Shown here in pieces: positions 31,190 through 40,937 of a DNA stretch of 64,000 nt (its first letter is position 1; the number at the start of each line of letters is the position of its first letter). The translations under genes and the position numbers were made by a program. The notes under the pieces were generated by a model. It did not search any database and was not told where the DNA came from. It worked only from the letters and a program-made list of their open reading frames with translations. The DNA lies in the NCBI GenBank assembly GCA_963769425.1, contig CAVYLP010000002.1, forward strand, positions 96,001-160,000, in the 5' to 3' direction. The DNA is from Candidatus Bathyarchaeota archaeon (GTDB lineage: Archaea; Thermoproteota; Bathyarchaeia; TCS64).

Positions 31190-31539
31190 GGATAAGTCAC
31201 TTGGAATTGAAGAGCTAGAAAGATTCTCAGCAGACGTACTCGGATCCGAGGAACACGTTAGCCATGAATGCAGTAACCCAGAATGGTATTGCCGCAGTTG
31301 CTCTCTGCCGAAGCGAGGTAGATAGAAAAAACTTCACCTTTAGCGACCTCATTGACTTCCCCGATGCAACCAATCAGGAGAGGTCAGGTAGATGCTGGCT
31401 CTTCTCAGGGCTGAGCCTCCTCGCACAAAAGGCCATGAAAAAACTGAAGCTTACACCTTCGAGCTTCGAAATATATCATATGTTCTGGGACAATCTAGAG
31501 AAAGCCAACTACTTCCTGGAGAATGTAATCGAGACTGCG
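31190..31539 (+). pseudogene. pepC: Aminopeptidase C / bleomycin hydrolase 5' fragment
   Basis: TNQERSGRCWLFSGL and FWDNLEKANYFLE; ends at the GCGCGC at 31537. Confidence 0.85.
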
Positions 31540-31557
31540 CGCACATGCATCTTTATT

Positions 31558-31878
31558 ATGTCCCGACCAGAAAGTCATTTGATGGAATCTCTAACTCACA
31601 TATTCGCCCTTAAGACGCTATTGATCTTGTTGAGGGAGGCTCGTACAATGAACGTTGAGGAGGTCGCTGATGAAATGAGAGAGTCTCACGGGGGTATTGT
31701 TCACGCCATTGATGAGTTAGAAGTGGCTAACCTTATTGAGAGTCGTAATGAGCGGATGGTACCTTATAACAGGGACATCACCCTTACTCCCTCGGGTCAG
31801 CGTGTTGCAGAGAAACTCAAAGAGATCGAGGGCATTATTGGATGGAGAGGTAGTGGAGGCGTAGCTAACCTATATTAA
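31558..31878 (+). CDS. Winged-helix (MarR-like) regulator
   Basis: IDELEVANLIESR...ITLTPSGQRVAEKL; fused in frame behind the pepC fragment. Confidence 0.65.
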   Translation: MSRPESHLMESLTHIFALKTLLILLREARTMNVEEVADEMRESHGGIVHAIDELEVANLIESRNERMVPYNRDITLTPSGQRVAEKLKEIEGIIGWRGSGGVANLY

Positions 31879-32130
31879 TGCTATATGAGTTTACTTTTTT
31901 CTAACTTAAGCATTTAATCTATATTTCGCAATTTTTATGACAAGTCAACCACTATAAGTGCTCATATCTTAGGATTCCGTAAAATACCTCATGTCTGAAA
32001 AACTCAGATCCACATTGAATTTCCTTGTCGAGGGACCTCACAATTTTATAATGAAGTCACTTAGTGTTAGTGGGTGTAAGATCTGGGCGATACAAGGCAA
32101 TCAGCTTGGCGCATTGTATTCATTTTTCTC

Positions 32131-32895
32131 GTGCTCGCATCGATGACCTTAGTTAGCGTGTTTGTATTCGACGAATTAGTGGCGCCCGAGATCCCTCCAA
32201 ACGTAGTGTTCGTGCAAACCCTCAGGGTACTCATAGTACTGACGACGACGGGCATCGCAGTATTCGTCATTAGGAGGACGAAGAGGTTCATCGTGGGGAG
32301 GACTCGAACGAACGCGGCGAACTTCTTCGAGTTCATCATGATTGTCCTCATCTTACTGGTGTCGACGTTTTCGCTTCTGCACATCTTCAACGTCGACACG
32401 AATACGCTGCTGCTCAGCGGGGGCATCATCTCGATCACGCTAGGATTAGTGGTGTCGACATTCGTAGGGGACACCCTCGCGGGTATGCTGGTATTCCTAC
32501 TGAATCTGTACCACGTCGGGGATACGGTTTTAGTAAACAGCATACCGTGCAGGGTCGAGGAGATCAGCGCCCTCGTGACAAGGTTCAGAAACGATACAGG
32601 CGGGATTAGTGTCAATACCAAACACCGCAATTGCCGCAGGGAAGCGTCGATAGTCACCCGGTTCCCGGACGTCAACGGTGATTTGGTGAGAAGGCTTCCT
32701 TACACAAAAGATGATCGCGTCTACACGACGTACATGAACACTGAGGGCGTCGTCGCGCGACTCGACTCGATGCACACACGAATAAGACTCGACTCGGGAA
32801 TGGAGTTATCTTTCCTTAATAATAGCATCCTCTCAGGCACCATCGCCGTCGCTAAAATTGTGGGAGAAAATAAGGAGGAAAATAAGACTAGTTAA
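32131..32895 (+). CDS. MscS family mechanosensitive channel
   Basis: LGLVVSTFVGDTLAGML...YHVGDTV...VEEISALVT; a short out-of-frame patch near 32600-32650. Confidence 0.8.
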   Translation: MLASMTLVSVFVFDELVAPEIPPNVVFVQTLRVLIVLTTTGIAVFVIRRTKRFIVGRTRTNAANFFEFIMIVLILLVSTFSLLHIFNVDTNTLLLSGGIISITLGLVVSTFVGDTLAGMLVFLLNLYHVGDTVLVNSIPCRVEEISALVTRFRNDTGGISVNTKHRNCRREASIVTRFPDVNGDLVRRLPYTKDDRVYTTYMNTEGVVARLDSMHTRIRLDSGMELSFLNNSILSGTIAVAKIVGENKEENKTS

Positions 32896-33112
32896 GAATA
32901 ATGGCGCGCATGCAAATAATTTCCCTATAAATGTAATGAAGGGTTCTTTAGCAAAGGGCAGAAGAACCACGTCATCGATAAGATTCCTAACTCGTGCCGT
33001 TCAGTCTTCCCTTGTACGATGATGAAAATGAATCATGCCCAAACTGTTCCCGAAGCAAATTTTTACTAAACATTTTGTTCTAGTACTCTTGACGTATACT
33101 TGGGTAAATTAT

Positions 33113-33376
33113 ATGTCCGAAAAGAAAAAGAAGACAATCGAAGAGAGAACTGGAAAAACTGGAGAAGTAGTTGGAAGCAGAGTGAAGAAAGGATCCGAAA
33201 AGACCAACGAAGCTCTAGGGAAGGGAGTAAAGATCGGAGCTGGGAAGATGGAGAAGCCATTAAAGACCGATGCTAGGAAGGCCACCGAAGCGATTTCTAA
33301 TTTCGAGAAGGGTGTAATGGAGGGTATTGAGGAGGAGAAAAAGCGAATACGAGGCGAAAGACAGCGAGTACCGTGA
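33113..33376 (+). CDS. Hydrophilic K/G/E-rich hypothetical protein
   Basis: Start MSEKKKK; low-complexity helical sequence. Confidence 0.5.
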   Translation: MSEKKKKTIEERTGKTGEVVGSRVKKGSEKTNEALGKGVKIGAGKMEKPLKTDARKATEAISNFEKGVMEGIEEEKKRIRGERQRVP

Positions 33377-33399
33377 CATTTGGAAAGATGAAGACTATC

Positions 33400-35112
33400 C
33401 TATAGATTTTCGAGCGCACATGTGAGACCTAGAAGACACTTGAGTATATCAGTCTCGTTAACCACCCCAAGCAAACGCCTGTCCTCAAGGTTATCAACCA
33501 CCCAAGCGTTGTCGAGATCAGACTCCATCAGTTCAGGCACCAATTCATTAAGAGGCGTATCAGGGGTGGCTACAACAGAGCTTCTCAAAGTGAGGCTTCC
33601 GATAGTCAGGTTATTGTTCTTCTCAGCACCCACAAGGATGTCCTCAAGAGTTATTGTGCCGTGAAGTCTGCGTTCCTTGTCCACAACCGGGTACTCTCGG
33701 TGACTCTTATCCCGCACAAACCCCATCACCTCCCCGATCGTTGAGGACTCGTCTACGCTCAGCACATCGCCGCTCAGGTCACCGACCTTGAGAGCCTCAA
33801 GTCGTTTTGCGTTTGCGCTATCCTCGATCTGGTGGTAGAGGATACCAATCATCTCCTCCTCCTCGACGAACTCGTCGAGTGGCTGTATATCCCCGTAGAA
33901 GGAAGAGCCCTGGGAGAAGAAGTAGCTAGTGGCGGCGGCGACGAGGGTCGTGATTATCGTGGCTGGCCCCGAGGTTTCAGCTACGAACGCTACGCTTGTG
34001 AGCAGTGTCTTGTTCGTTGCCGCGAGGAGGGCGGCCATTGATGCCATCACGATCGTCACAGAGTTGAGGCTGGGGAAGAAGGAGCAATAGATGGCTCCGA
34101 TTGCAGCGCCAACGAATATTGTAGGTGTGAAGAGCCCGCCGCTCCCGCCCATCCTGAGTGTCACTCCCGTCAGGAGGATCTTGAAAACTGCCAGTGATAG
34201 GAGGAGGGTTATTGGGAAGCTGGTCGGTGAGCTGGCTAGACTGGAAATTGTGGAGTAGCCGACTCCCTGAATCTGTGGGAGGAGAATCCCAGCCACACCG
34301 ATGATGAGACCACCCAGCAGGGGTGCAAAATACTTGATGTTTACTCTCCTCATGCCCCGCTTCATCAGCTTCAGCACCTCGACGAAGGCCACACCGGCGG
34401 CCGCCGTGATTAGCCCGATGAGAAAGGAGTGCCCTACAAGAAGGAGGCTGACACCCTCTCCCTGAGTCTGCGGGAAGAGTGATTCAGCACCAAAGAAGGT
34501 TATTGAGATGGCGTACGAGGTGAGTGAGGCGATGGTGGCAGGTATGAGTGCTCTCCGGGTTATGTCTCTCTTGTATGGTATTTCGAGGGCGAAGAGGATC
34601 CCGGTGAGGGGTGCCTTGAATACCGCGGAGATGCCGGCGGCTGCCCCGGAGATCAGGAAGGCCTTCAGCTCCTGTTGAGTTGGCTTGAATCGTCTCGCTA
34701 TTAATGATCCTATACCGCCCCCGAGTAAGAGACTGGGACCCTCGAATCCTGCGCTACCACCAGTTCCGATCGTTATGGCTGAGGCGATGGGGTCCACGAC
34801 TGTATCGGTGGTGGAGATGTATCCGCCGTGGTAGTGGTAGGCCTCGAGTAACATGTGGGAACCGCTGCCCGTTTCCTTGCTTGTCCCAACTGATTTTACT
34901 AAGAGGTACGCGGCGAGGACACCGACTACGGGTATGATGATTATTACTAGCCAACTTGAGGAAGCTGCATCTATAGATATTGCTTGTATAAACTGATAAA
35001 AGAACATCAAAACTACGAAGGCGAGGCCCACAGAGGTTCCTATGAGCGCCGACGTAATTGCCAGTTTGGCGAAGTCGCTGAAGATTCCTATGTTAATATC
35101 GGGCTTATTCAT
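33400..35112 (-). CDS. ClC chloride channel/antiporter with CBS pair
   Basis: GSGS, GGSAGFEGP, FKAPLTGILFALE, GGSGGLFTP; C-terminal CBS domains. Confidence 0.9.
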   Translation of the reverse strand: MNKPDINIGIFSDFAKLAITSALIGTSVGLAFVVLMFFYQFIQAISIDAASSSWLVIIIIPVVGVLAAYLLVKSVGTSKETGSGSHMLLEAYHYHGGYISTTDTVVDPIASAITIGTGGSAGFEGPSLLLGGGIGSLIARRFKPTQQELKAFLISGAAAGISAVFKAPLTGILFALEIPYKRDITRRALIPATIASLTSYAISITFFGAESLFPQTQGEGVSLLLVGHSFLIGLITAAAGVAFVEVLKLMKRGMRRVNIKYFAPLLGGLIIGVAGILLPQIQGVGYSTISSLASSPTSFPITLLLSLAVFKILLTGVTLRMGGSGGLFTPTIFVGAAIGAIYCSFFPSLNSVTIVMASMAALLAATNKTLLTSVAFVAETSGPATIITTLVAAATSYFFSQGSSFYGDIQPLDEFVEEEEMIGILYHQIEDSANAKRLEALKVGDLSGDVLSVDESSTIGEVMGFVRDKSHREYPVVDKERRLHGTITLEDILVGAEKNNNLTIGSLTLRSSVVATPDTPLNELVPELMESDLDNAWVVDNLEDRRLLGVVNETDILKCLLGLTCALENL

Positions 35113-35213
35113 CCATTCACGGGCTCTTCATGGGATATTCAAACGCAGCTGGGTTTGTATTAATGTTACTCAACGATGGTATTCGCGATTGCGATTAATT
35201 GAACTATTTATTT

Positions 35214-35650
35214 TCATATAAATATTATGACTCGAATTAAATTGATGATCCTTGTGAATGAAGTGTATTCATAGTAGAATCCGGTGGTCGTTGTAACCCT
35301 TATGAGGTTGGAGGTGCTATTTTCGAGAGTCATAGTTGAAAGAACAAGGGGTACCTCATCGACTGTACACGGTGGGATAGACGTGTTTACGGGTATTAAC
35401 CCAGGAATACCAGATTGACTCTTTTTAATTGAAACCGATTCTATGTTAGCTGTTGAGGCCCCCAATTCTCTTACTGTGACCACGAGATTTCTGTTGTCGA
35501 TCCATGTCACCTGCTCGACTCTGATCTCGGTTTGGGCACGAATTGATTGAAACCCAACCATGGAGATGACGCAGGAGTAGGTTAAGACAGAGCAGGCGAC
35601 CGCTACGAAGATATTAGAATCGAAGAGACAATCGTGCTCAAACCTCTTCT
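35214..35650 (-). pseudogene. Degenerate archaeal type IV pilin/archaellin-like gene
   Basis: VAVACSVLTYSCVISMVGFQ hydrophobic stretch followed by AQTEIRVEQVTW...VTVRELG...IESVSI; 5' end disrupted. Confidence 0.45.
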
Positions 35651-35845
35651 ATGATCAACTTTAGAGCTATTCACCGAGATTCGGTTAGAAAGGTCGATAG
35701 CGCCTAAATATTTAATGAGCTAATAATCAATATCACCAGAGCTGTAATGAAATGAAACTTCATCTCATTAACAAGGTAGAAACGAGACATGTTACCTCTC
35801 TGAAAGCGATTATGTATAAATGGTGAGGATGAAGACTTCTAATAA

Positions 35846-37048
35846 ATGATTGTCTCAATCACACAGTCCCTCTCCATCAACCTCCTATGGAACGTACTAC
35901 TAGTAATACTCGTCGTCGCCTCAATAACCTACTACTTCAAGTTCCCCTACACCGTCGGACTCGTAATCGCGGGCCTAGCAGCTGCCTTCATAGCCCCCAA
36001 TCAGCTACCCTACATCTCACCGGCTATCTACCTACAGCTACTACTACCACCCATAATCTTCCACGCAGCCTTCCACATCGACATCACCACACTCATCAAA
36101 CAGGGAAAATTCATTTTCAGCTACGCTATCCTCGGTACACTATTTTCATCAATCCTCATTGGGCTCGTTGCCCACTACCTTCTTGGCTTGGAACTAGTCG
36201 AGGCATTCCTACTCGGGATAATCATCTCGCCGACAGACCCAATCGCGGTGATCACTATCCTCGAGGGATTGAAGGCGCCGAAGCGACTCGTCAAGATAAT
36301 CGAGGGTGAATCCCTCTTCAACGACGGAGTTGCGATCGTGGTCTTCACGTCCCTCGTAGCTTCAATGTCCGTAGTGATCGATCCCGTTGGCGTATCACTG
36401 GGGATAATTACGGCGGTTGTACTCGGGCTAGCCTTCGGCGTCGGCGTTGGTTATGTTGCCTCCTTTATTATCACGAGGTTCAAGGGGGATGTTCTGATCC
36501 AGACGGTGATCTCCTTCTTCGCGATGTATACCTCGTATCAGTTGGCCTCCTCAGCGGGGGGAAGCGGTATCATCGGAACGGCAATGGCCGGGATAGTACT
36601 TGGTAACCTTCACGCGAGAAGGGTTGAGGAATCGGTGTGGCTTAACATCGATAACGTATGGGAGTTCCTGACGTACCTGATCACCAGCTTCTCCTTCATA
36701 CTGATTGGCACATCGGTCAGTATTGGTAATCTGATTCAGGTGATCGAAATAGTTGTCATCGCCATCGTCATAGTGTTCCTCTCGCGTCTGGCCACAACTT
36801 TCGGTATGACTAGGATTCTAAACTTCGGGAAAAATCGTATCAGCGAACGGTGGCAGTTACTGATATCTCTGGCAGGCCTGAGGGGCGTCGTCTCAATTAT
36901 GCTAGTCTCCAGCCTTGACGCACCTTACTCCGGTACACTAACAAATATAGTATTTGGAATAGTTCTATTCTCAGTCATCGTTCAGGGTCTTTCATTAAAG
37001 TATGTTACATTAAAATTGCTCAAGAATGAATCAGAAATGAATGACTAG
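35846..37048 (+). CDS. Na+/H+ antiporter (CPA1/NhaP family)
   Basis: LLPPIIFHAA, ISPTDPIAV, IEGESLFNDG, AGLRGVVS. Confidence 0.92.
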   Translation: MIVSITQSLSINLLWNVLLVILVVASITYYFKFPYTVGLVIAGLAAAFIAPNQLPYISPAIYLQLLLPPIIFHAAFHIDITTLIKQGKFIFSYAILGTLFSSILIGLVAHYLLGLELVEAFLLGIIISPTDPIAVITILEGLKAPKRLVKIIEGESLFNDGVAIVVFTSLVASMSVVIDPVGVSLGIITAVVLGLAFGVGVGYVASFIITRFKGDVLIQTVISFFAMYTSYQLASSAGGSGIIGTAMAGIVLGNLHARRVEESVWLNIDNVWEFLTYLITSFSFILIGTSVSIGNLIQVIEIVVIAIVIVFLSRLATTFGMTRILNFGKNRISERWQLLISLAGLRGVVSIMLVSSLDAPYSGTLTNIVFGIVLFSVIVQGLSLKYVTLKLLKNESEMND

Positions 37049-37339
37049 CATTACACTAACCAGGAACCTTTTGAATTTTAATCTACAGGTTTCTTTTAGA
37101 CTAAAGTCCAGAGCATGAATATTGAAAGAGATCGTAATGAAGTTTAATTTGTCAAATCAGTTGAATCACTGATACTAATTTAATTCCTCTATGCAATATA
37201 AATAACATGCAGATTGAATCTTATTACATGTTTAAATCAAAAATCCTGCAGTAAATAATCAAATTAGTCAAGATTTTTACATAACGAATACAAATACAAA
37301 TGTTTTATTAGCTCCTCTTATTTGAATTAGTAAAGCATC

Positions 37340-37723
37340 TTGAGGTCACAAATTATGAACAGAAAATATGATTACGTTGTAACGGCCGTAAAAGAGCTCC
37401 AATCCGTTTCGATGGAGACCTTCGATAATCTAACACAGTTTGTAGAACATTTACGAGAAACACGAGACCTCTACGCCATAGATAGGGACACAAGCCACAC
37501 GCCCCTTCTATCACTGGGAATTACTCTTCTTATAATCCCTGATCCAATATCAACGCCAATTGGAGCAGGCGTCTTACTGTTTGGGTTAATGCATGAAAAG
37601 CTCGTTGGACCTCCGATATACATCAAGGACATATACGAGAACCTCAACCAAAACATGCAAGAGCTCTTAAATAATAGTGAAATATTCAAAACAATTTCAA
37701 TAACAGACACCACTAAAGCCTAA
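37340..37723 (+). CDS. Hypothetical protein
   Basis: LGITLLIIPDPISTPIGAGVL hairpin segment. Confidence 0.55.
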   Translation: MRSQIMNRKYDYVVTAVKELQSVSMETFDNLTQFVEHLRETRDLYAIDRDTSHTPLLSLGITLLIIPDPISTPIGAGVLLFGLMHEKLVGPPIYIKDIYENLNQNMQELLNNSEIFKTISITDTTKA

Positions 37724-37951
37724 AACCTTAGAAAGGTGGGAGTTTGTGATGTGCCGGGGATTGCCTCTAAATTTGTTGAGTATCATGACCATTTAAAATA
37801 GTATTGGATAATTTCGGGATAAGACAGCGCGCGTGAAGTTTGTGTGCCAGCGCTTGATTATGAGCTCCTCGAGTAGCGTGGAGTAGAGGCGTTCCTTCAC
37901 GGTTTGGAATTGGATCCACGATCATATGAGGATTTTGAACCGTAATTATGG

Positions 37952-38025
37952 TGGGCCGGGCCGGACTTGAACCGGCGACTTCCGCCGCGTAAGGGCGGCG
38001 TCCTACCGTGCTGGACGACCGGCCC
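37952..38025 (-). tRNA. tRNA-Val(TAC), CCA encoded at 37949-37951
   Basis: Cloverleaf GGGCCGG acceptor stem, CCGCC-CTTACGC-GGCGG anticodon arm, GGTTCAAGTCC T-arm. Confidence 0.95.
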
Positions 38026-38067
38026 CCATCCGGTGAAAGGAGTTGCAGGAAGTTTAAAACCGTTAGG

Positions 38068-39234
38068 CTAGAGCCGGTAGAGCCTCCTCGCGTTCCCGGC
38101 GAGGAAACCCTCACCGATGGTCACGGCGTCTTCCTCCGAGAGCCCCTCGTGCCTCACAAGCTCGCTGAGAGTCGAGGTGAGGGCCCTCTTCGTCTGTATC
38201 GAGGAGAACCAGTAGAGCTCGGGGATGTTGAAGCCGTCTGAGCCGTACATTATCTTGGTCGTGGGGGCCATCTCGAGTAGACTTAGGAGCCTGCTCCTGA
38301 GCCCGACGGAGACGATCGGGATCGTCTCGCTGAGGTCGATGTAGACGTTCGGGTACGCGTTGGCGAGGAAGGCTGCCTCCTCCATGTAGGGGTACCCACC
38401 GTGGGTGAGGACGATGCTGGTCTCCCGGGCCACGGGATTCTGAAGTAGATCATATAGGAGAGACGGGTTCGCGATCCTTAGGTCCATGGACGGGCTGTCC
38501 CCCATGCCCGTGTGTATCTGGAGTGGGACGCCTAGGCGCCTCGCCTCCTCCACGCCGACCATCAGGAAGGTGTCGTAGACCGACTTATTCCTCTCGTTCC
38601 TCTCGGATAGCACCGCGCTTGGCTTCTTTCCCTCCCGGACCAGCGAGGTCATCTCACCCCAGGATCGCTTCGCCACACCATCCTCCCAGCTCCTCACCGC
38701 GAGGCCGGTCCTATAGGCGATGATCGACTTCAAGGCGACACATCCGCCCGAGACGGCTTCCCCTATCTGGGCCCGGAAATCCTCGACCGCCTGATCGTAC
38801 GGGACGAGCCCCTTCAGCAGCCCGTGGACCGCGACCTCTAGCCTGAATATCTCGCGGACCTCTCTACCGATCATCTCCGAGAAGTCTTCTAGGTTGATCT
38901 CGTATCCGACGAACTCCTTGAATGGGTAACCAGAGTCCACAAGCAGTATCTCAAGTCCCGCCTCGTCGAAAAGCATCTGGATATACTCTGAGGGATCAGA
39001 CCTTATCCACCTCTGCCTTTCAGCGATGATATTCTCCTCACCACGCACGCGCAGGATCCGGCTAAGCTCCCGCATCACCGAGCGGTAAAGCATCGTGGAT
39101 GTGAGATCTTCGCGTCTTTGTGGTATGTCGCTGAGAGTGAGGTAGGCTTCGAATGATTTCGTCTCCTTCTCTGGAAGGAAGGGATGACAGTGAGCGTCAA
39201 CAACGGAGCAGTCGGTGAAATTCAGGTTTACCAT
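38068..39234 (-). CDS. Amidohydrolase family protein
   Basis: DAHCH, LKSIIAYRTGL, QIHTGMGD, LTHGGYPY, MYGSDG. Confidence 0.88.
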   Translation of the reverse strand: MVNLNFTDCSVVDAHCHPFLPEKETKSFEAYLTLSDIPQRREDLTSTMLYRSVMRELSRILRVRGEENIIAERQRWIRSDPSEYIQMLFDEAGLEILLVDSGYPFKEFVGYEINLEDFSEMIGREVREIFRLEVAVHGLLKGLVPYDQAVEDFRAQIGEAVSGGCVALKSIIAYRTGLAVRSWEDGVAKRSWGEMTSLVREGKKPSAVLSERNERNKSVYDTFLMVGVEEARRLGVPLQIHTGMGDSPSMDLRIANPSLLYDLLQNPVARETSIVLTHGGYPYMEEAAFLANAYPNVYIDLSETIPIVSVGLRSRLLSLLEMAPTTKIMYGSDGFNIPELYWFSSIQTKRALTSTLSELVRHEGLSEEDAVTIGEGFLAGNARRLYRL

Positions 39235-39307
39235 GAATTGGTGTAATCCATTAAGAGATATGAAATTACCCCATTAAAAAAGGGAAAATGGGGTGCCTAA
39301 TTCGAGC

Positions 39308-39838
39308 CTAAAACTTGTCCCCGAGGACTGCAGTCATCTCCTTGTGGAGGTCCTGAAGCCTCTTAATGGCGGGGTGGTCGCTCCCCAGCTCCTGGGCGAA
39401 GTTGTCGATGGTTGAGTCAATCCCCACCTCGTGGGCTCCCTCGATGAGCTTGTCGGCGTAGCAGACAATCTTCTCCTCGAGGGTCTCGGGGATGTAGCTC
39501 CCTCTCGGGAGATTGTTCCTATGCGCCTCTTCCTGTGAAAGGCCTGCGCCGACGTGGCGCTCTATAATATGGGCGAGTTCCATCGGCATACCTAACTGTC
39601 GCGCCATCTGGCCCCCAACAGCGCCGTGTTCTATACCGTGAGTCTGGCCCCGCCCCAGGTCGTGGAGCAGGGCCCCTGACTCCACTAACCTCAGGTCCAC
39701 TCGGTACCCCTTGCTCTTGAAGACGTTGGCGATCCTATTCGCTACCCTCGTCACGTTTATGCAGTGCTCGATGACGCCGTTGCTGCAGCCAGCTCTCCTG
39801 AGGATCTGGATGCACTCATCCCGGGATGGGAGACTCAG
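39308..39838 (-). CDS. HDIG domain protein (TIGR00295-like), probable CTG start
   Basis: LLHDLGR, HGAVG, ERHVGAG, PETLEEKIVCYADK; frame extends upstream through LPSRDECIQILRRAGCSNGVIEHC to a CTG overlapping the tfe stop. Confidence 0.85.
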   Translation of the reverse strand: MSLPSRDECIQILRRAGCSNGVIEHCINVTRVANRIANVFKSKGYRVDLRLVESGALLHDLGRGQTHGIEHGAVGGQMARQLGMPMELAHIIERHVGAGLSQEEAHRNNLPRGSYIPETLEEKIVCYADKLIEGAHEVGIDSTIDNFAQELGSDHPAIKRLQDLHKEMTAVLGDKF

Positions 39839-40344
39839 GCCTCTAACTCCTCCTTGATTTCTGAAACCTTCTTCTCGAGGAACTCGACGATCTCAACGTT
39901 GTCCAAGCGGTGGAGGGGCTCGCCACATGTCGGGCACCTGAACACCGTCTCCATCGCCGTCTCGAACGTCGTCTTGGGGCACGTCGGGTTCCCGCAGTGG
40001 TAGAACTCGTGGAGCCTCTCGAACTCCAGCCTTGTCTCCAGCTTCTTCAGAATCTTCTGCTTCATCCCGTGAATATAGGCCTCGACGAACTCGGGCTGGA
40101 GGCGCCACTGGAATATGAACCAACCAGTCTCCTTGTCCCTGAACCTCTTCGAGGTCACGAGGCTGTGGTTATAGAACTTGTATAGGAGCTTGCGGACGTC
40201 ATTTATCTGGATGTTCGTAGCTGCGCTTATTTCCTCGACTGTTATGTCCTGCTTGTCCTTGAGGACCTTGATGACCTCAACGCCCTGTTCGCCTCCCAGT
40301 ACGTTGGCGATTCCATACAGGGTCTCGTCGCTCACTGTCATCAA
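39835..40344 (-). CDS. tfe: Transcription factor E
   Basis: Winged helix INDVRKLLYK...RDKETGWFIFQW plus Zn ribbon C..C, FRCPTCG. Confidence 0.93.
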   Translation of the reverse strand: MMTVSDETLYGIANVLGGEQGVEVIKVLKDKQDITVEEISAATNIQINDVRKLLYKFYNHSLVTSKRFRDKETGWFIFQWRLQPEFVEAYIHGMKQKILKKLETRLEFERLHEFYHCGNPTCPKTTFETAMETVFRCPTCGEPLHRLDNVEIVEFLEKKVSEIKEELEA

Positions 40345-40388
40345 TGTCTAAGCTCCTACGTATACTCCTATCCGGGCAACTTAAATGT

Positions 40389-40937
40389 TTAAACTCGCCT
40401 ACTCGAGGTTTTGATCTTTTTACCGTTTGCCTGCGGGATAACTGTCAGGCGGGCCCCTAGGAACTCCCGCTGTAACTCATGCCCCTGGTATAATTCGTGT
40501 AGGAAGAGTGCGAGGGCGCTAACCTCCGAGTGCGGCTGCCCCGTCACGGCGACGTTCCAGTCTGCCGCCCCGTAGACCTCCCCCGGCACCTTAGCACCGC
40601 CAACGACGATTAGCTTCGGCGAAGGGTCGGATCGAATCTCACCGACGACCTCCTGGTAGGGCAACCCGTACATGGTGAGGTGGACGATCTTCCCCTTCCA
40701 ATCGGCGAATACCGTCTTCCAGCCCACCGTGTATTCGAGAGTGAAGTCCCCGCCCCAGTCAGCAACTATCTTTTTAATCGACTCCTCGAGGGAGGGGTCC
40801 TGAATTCCTGTGTAGTATGCCCTTTTAGCGCCGAACGTGCGCGCGGCGAGGAGGAGGTGGGTGGAAACCCTCTTGTCCCTCGATGGCCTGTGACCCAGGC
40901 GTAGAACGACAACCTCCTGATCGTGCTTCTCTGCCAT
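40389..40937 (-). CDS. trm56: tRNA (cytidine(56)-2'-O)-methyltransferase
   Basis: [40 protein letters not shown]. Confidence 0.93.
   Translation of the reverse strand: MAEKHDQEVVVLRLGHRPSRDKRVSTHLLLAARTFGAKRAYYTGIQDPSLEESIKKIVADWGGDFTLEYTVGWKTVFADWKGKIVHLTMYGLPYQEVVGEIRSDPSPKLIVVGGAKVPGEVYGAADWNVAVTGQPHSEVSALALFLHELYQGHELQREFLGARLTVIPQANGKKIKTSSRRV

Noticed and set aside
715-37833. Integron cassette array or CRISPR as the explanation for the recurring GCGCGC sites
   Set aside because: No attC-like inverted boxes, no conserved long repeat or regular spacing, no intI or cas genes; genes are in both orientations and often cut internally.
37767-38114. 115-aa ORF
   Set aside because: It overlaps tRNA-Val on the same strand; spurious.
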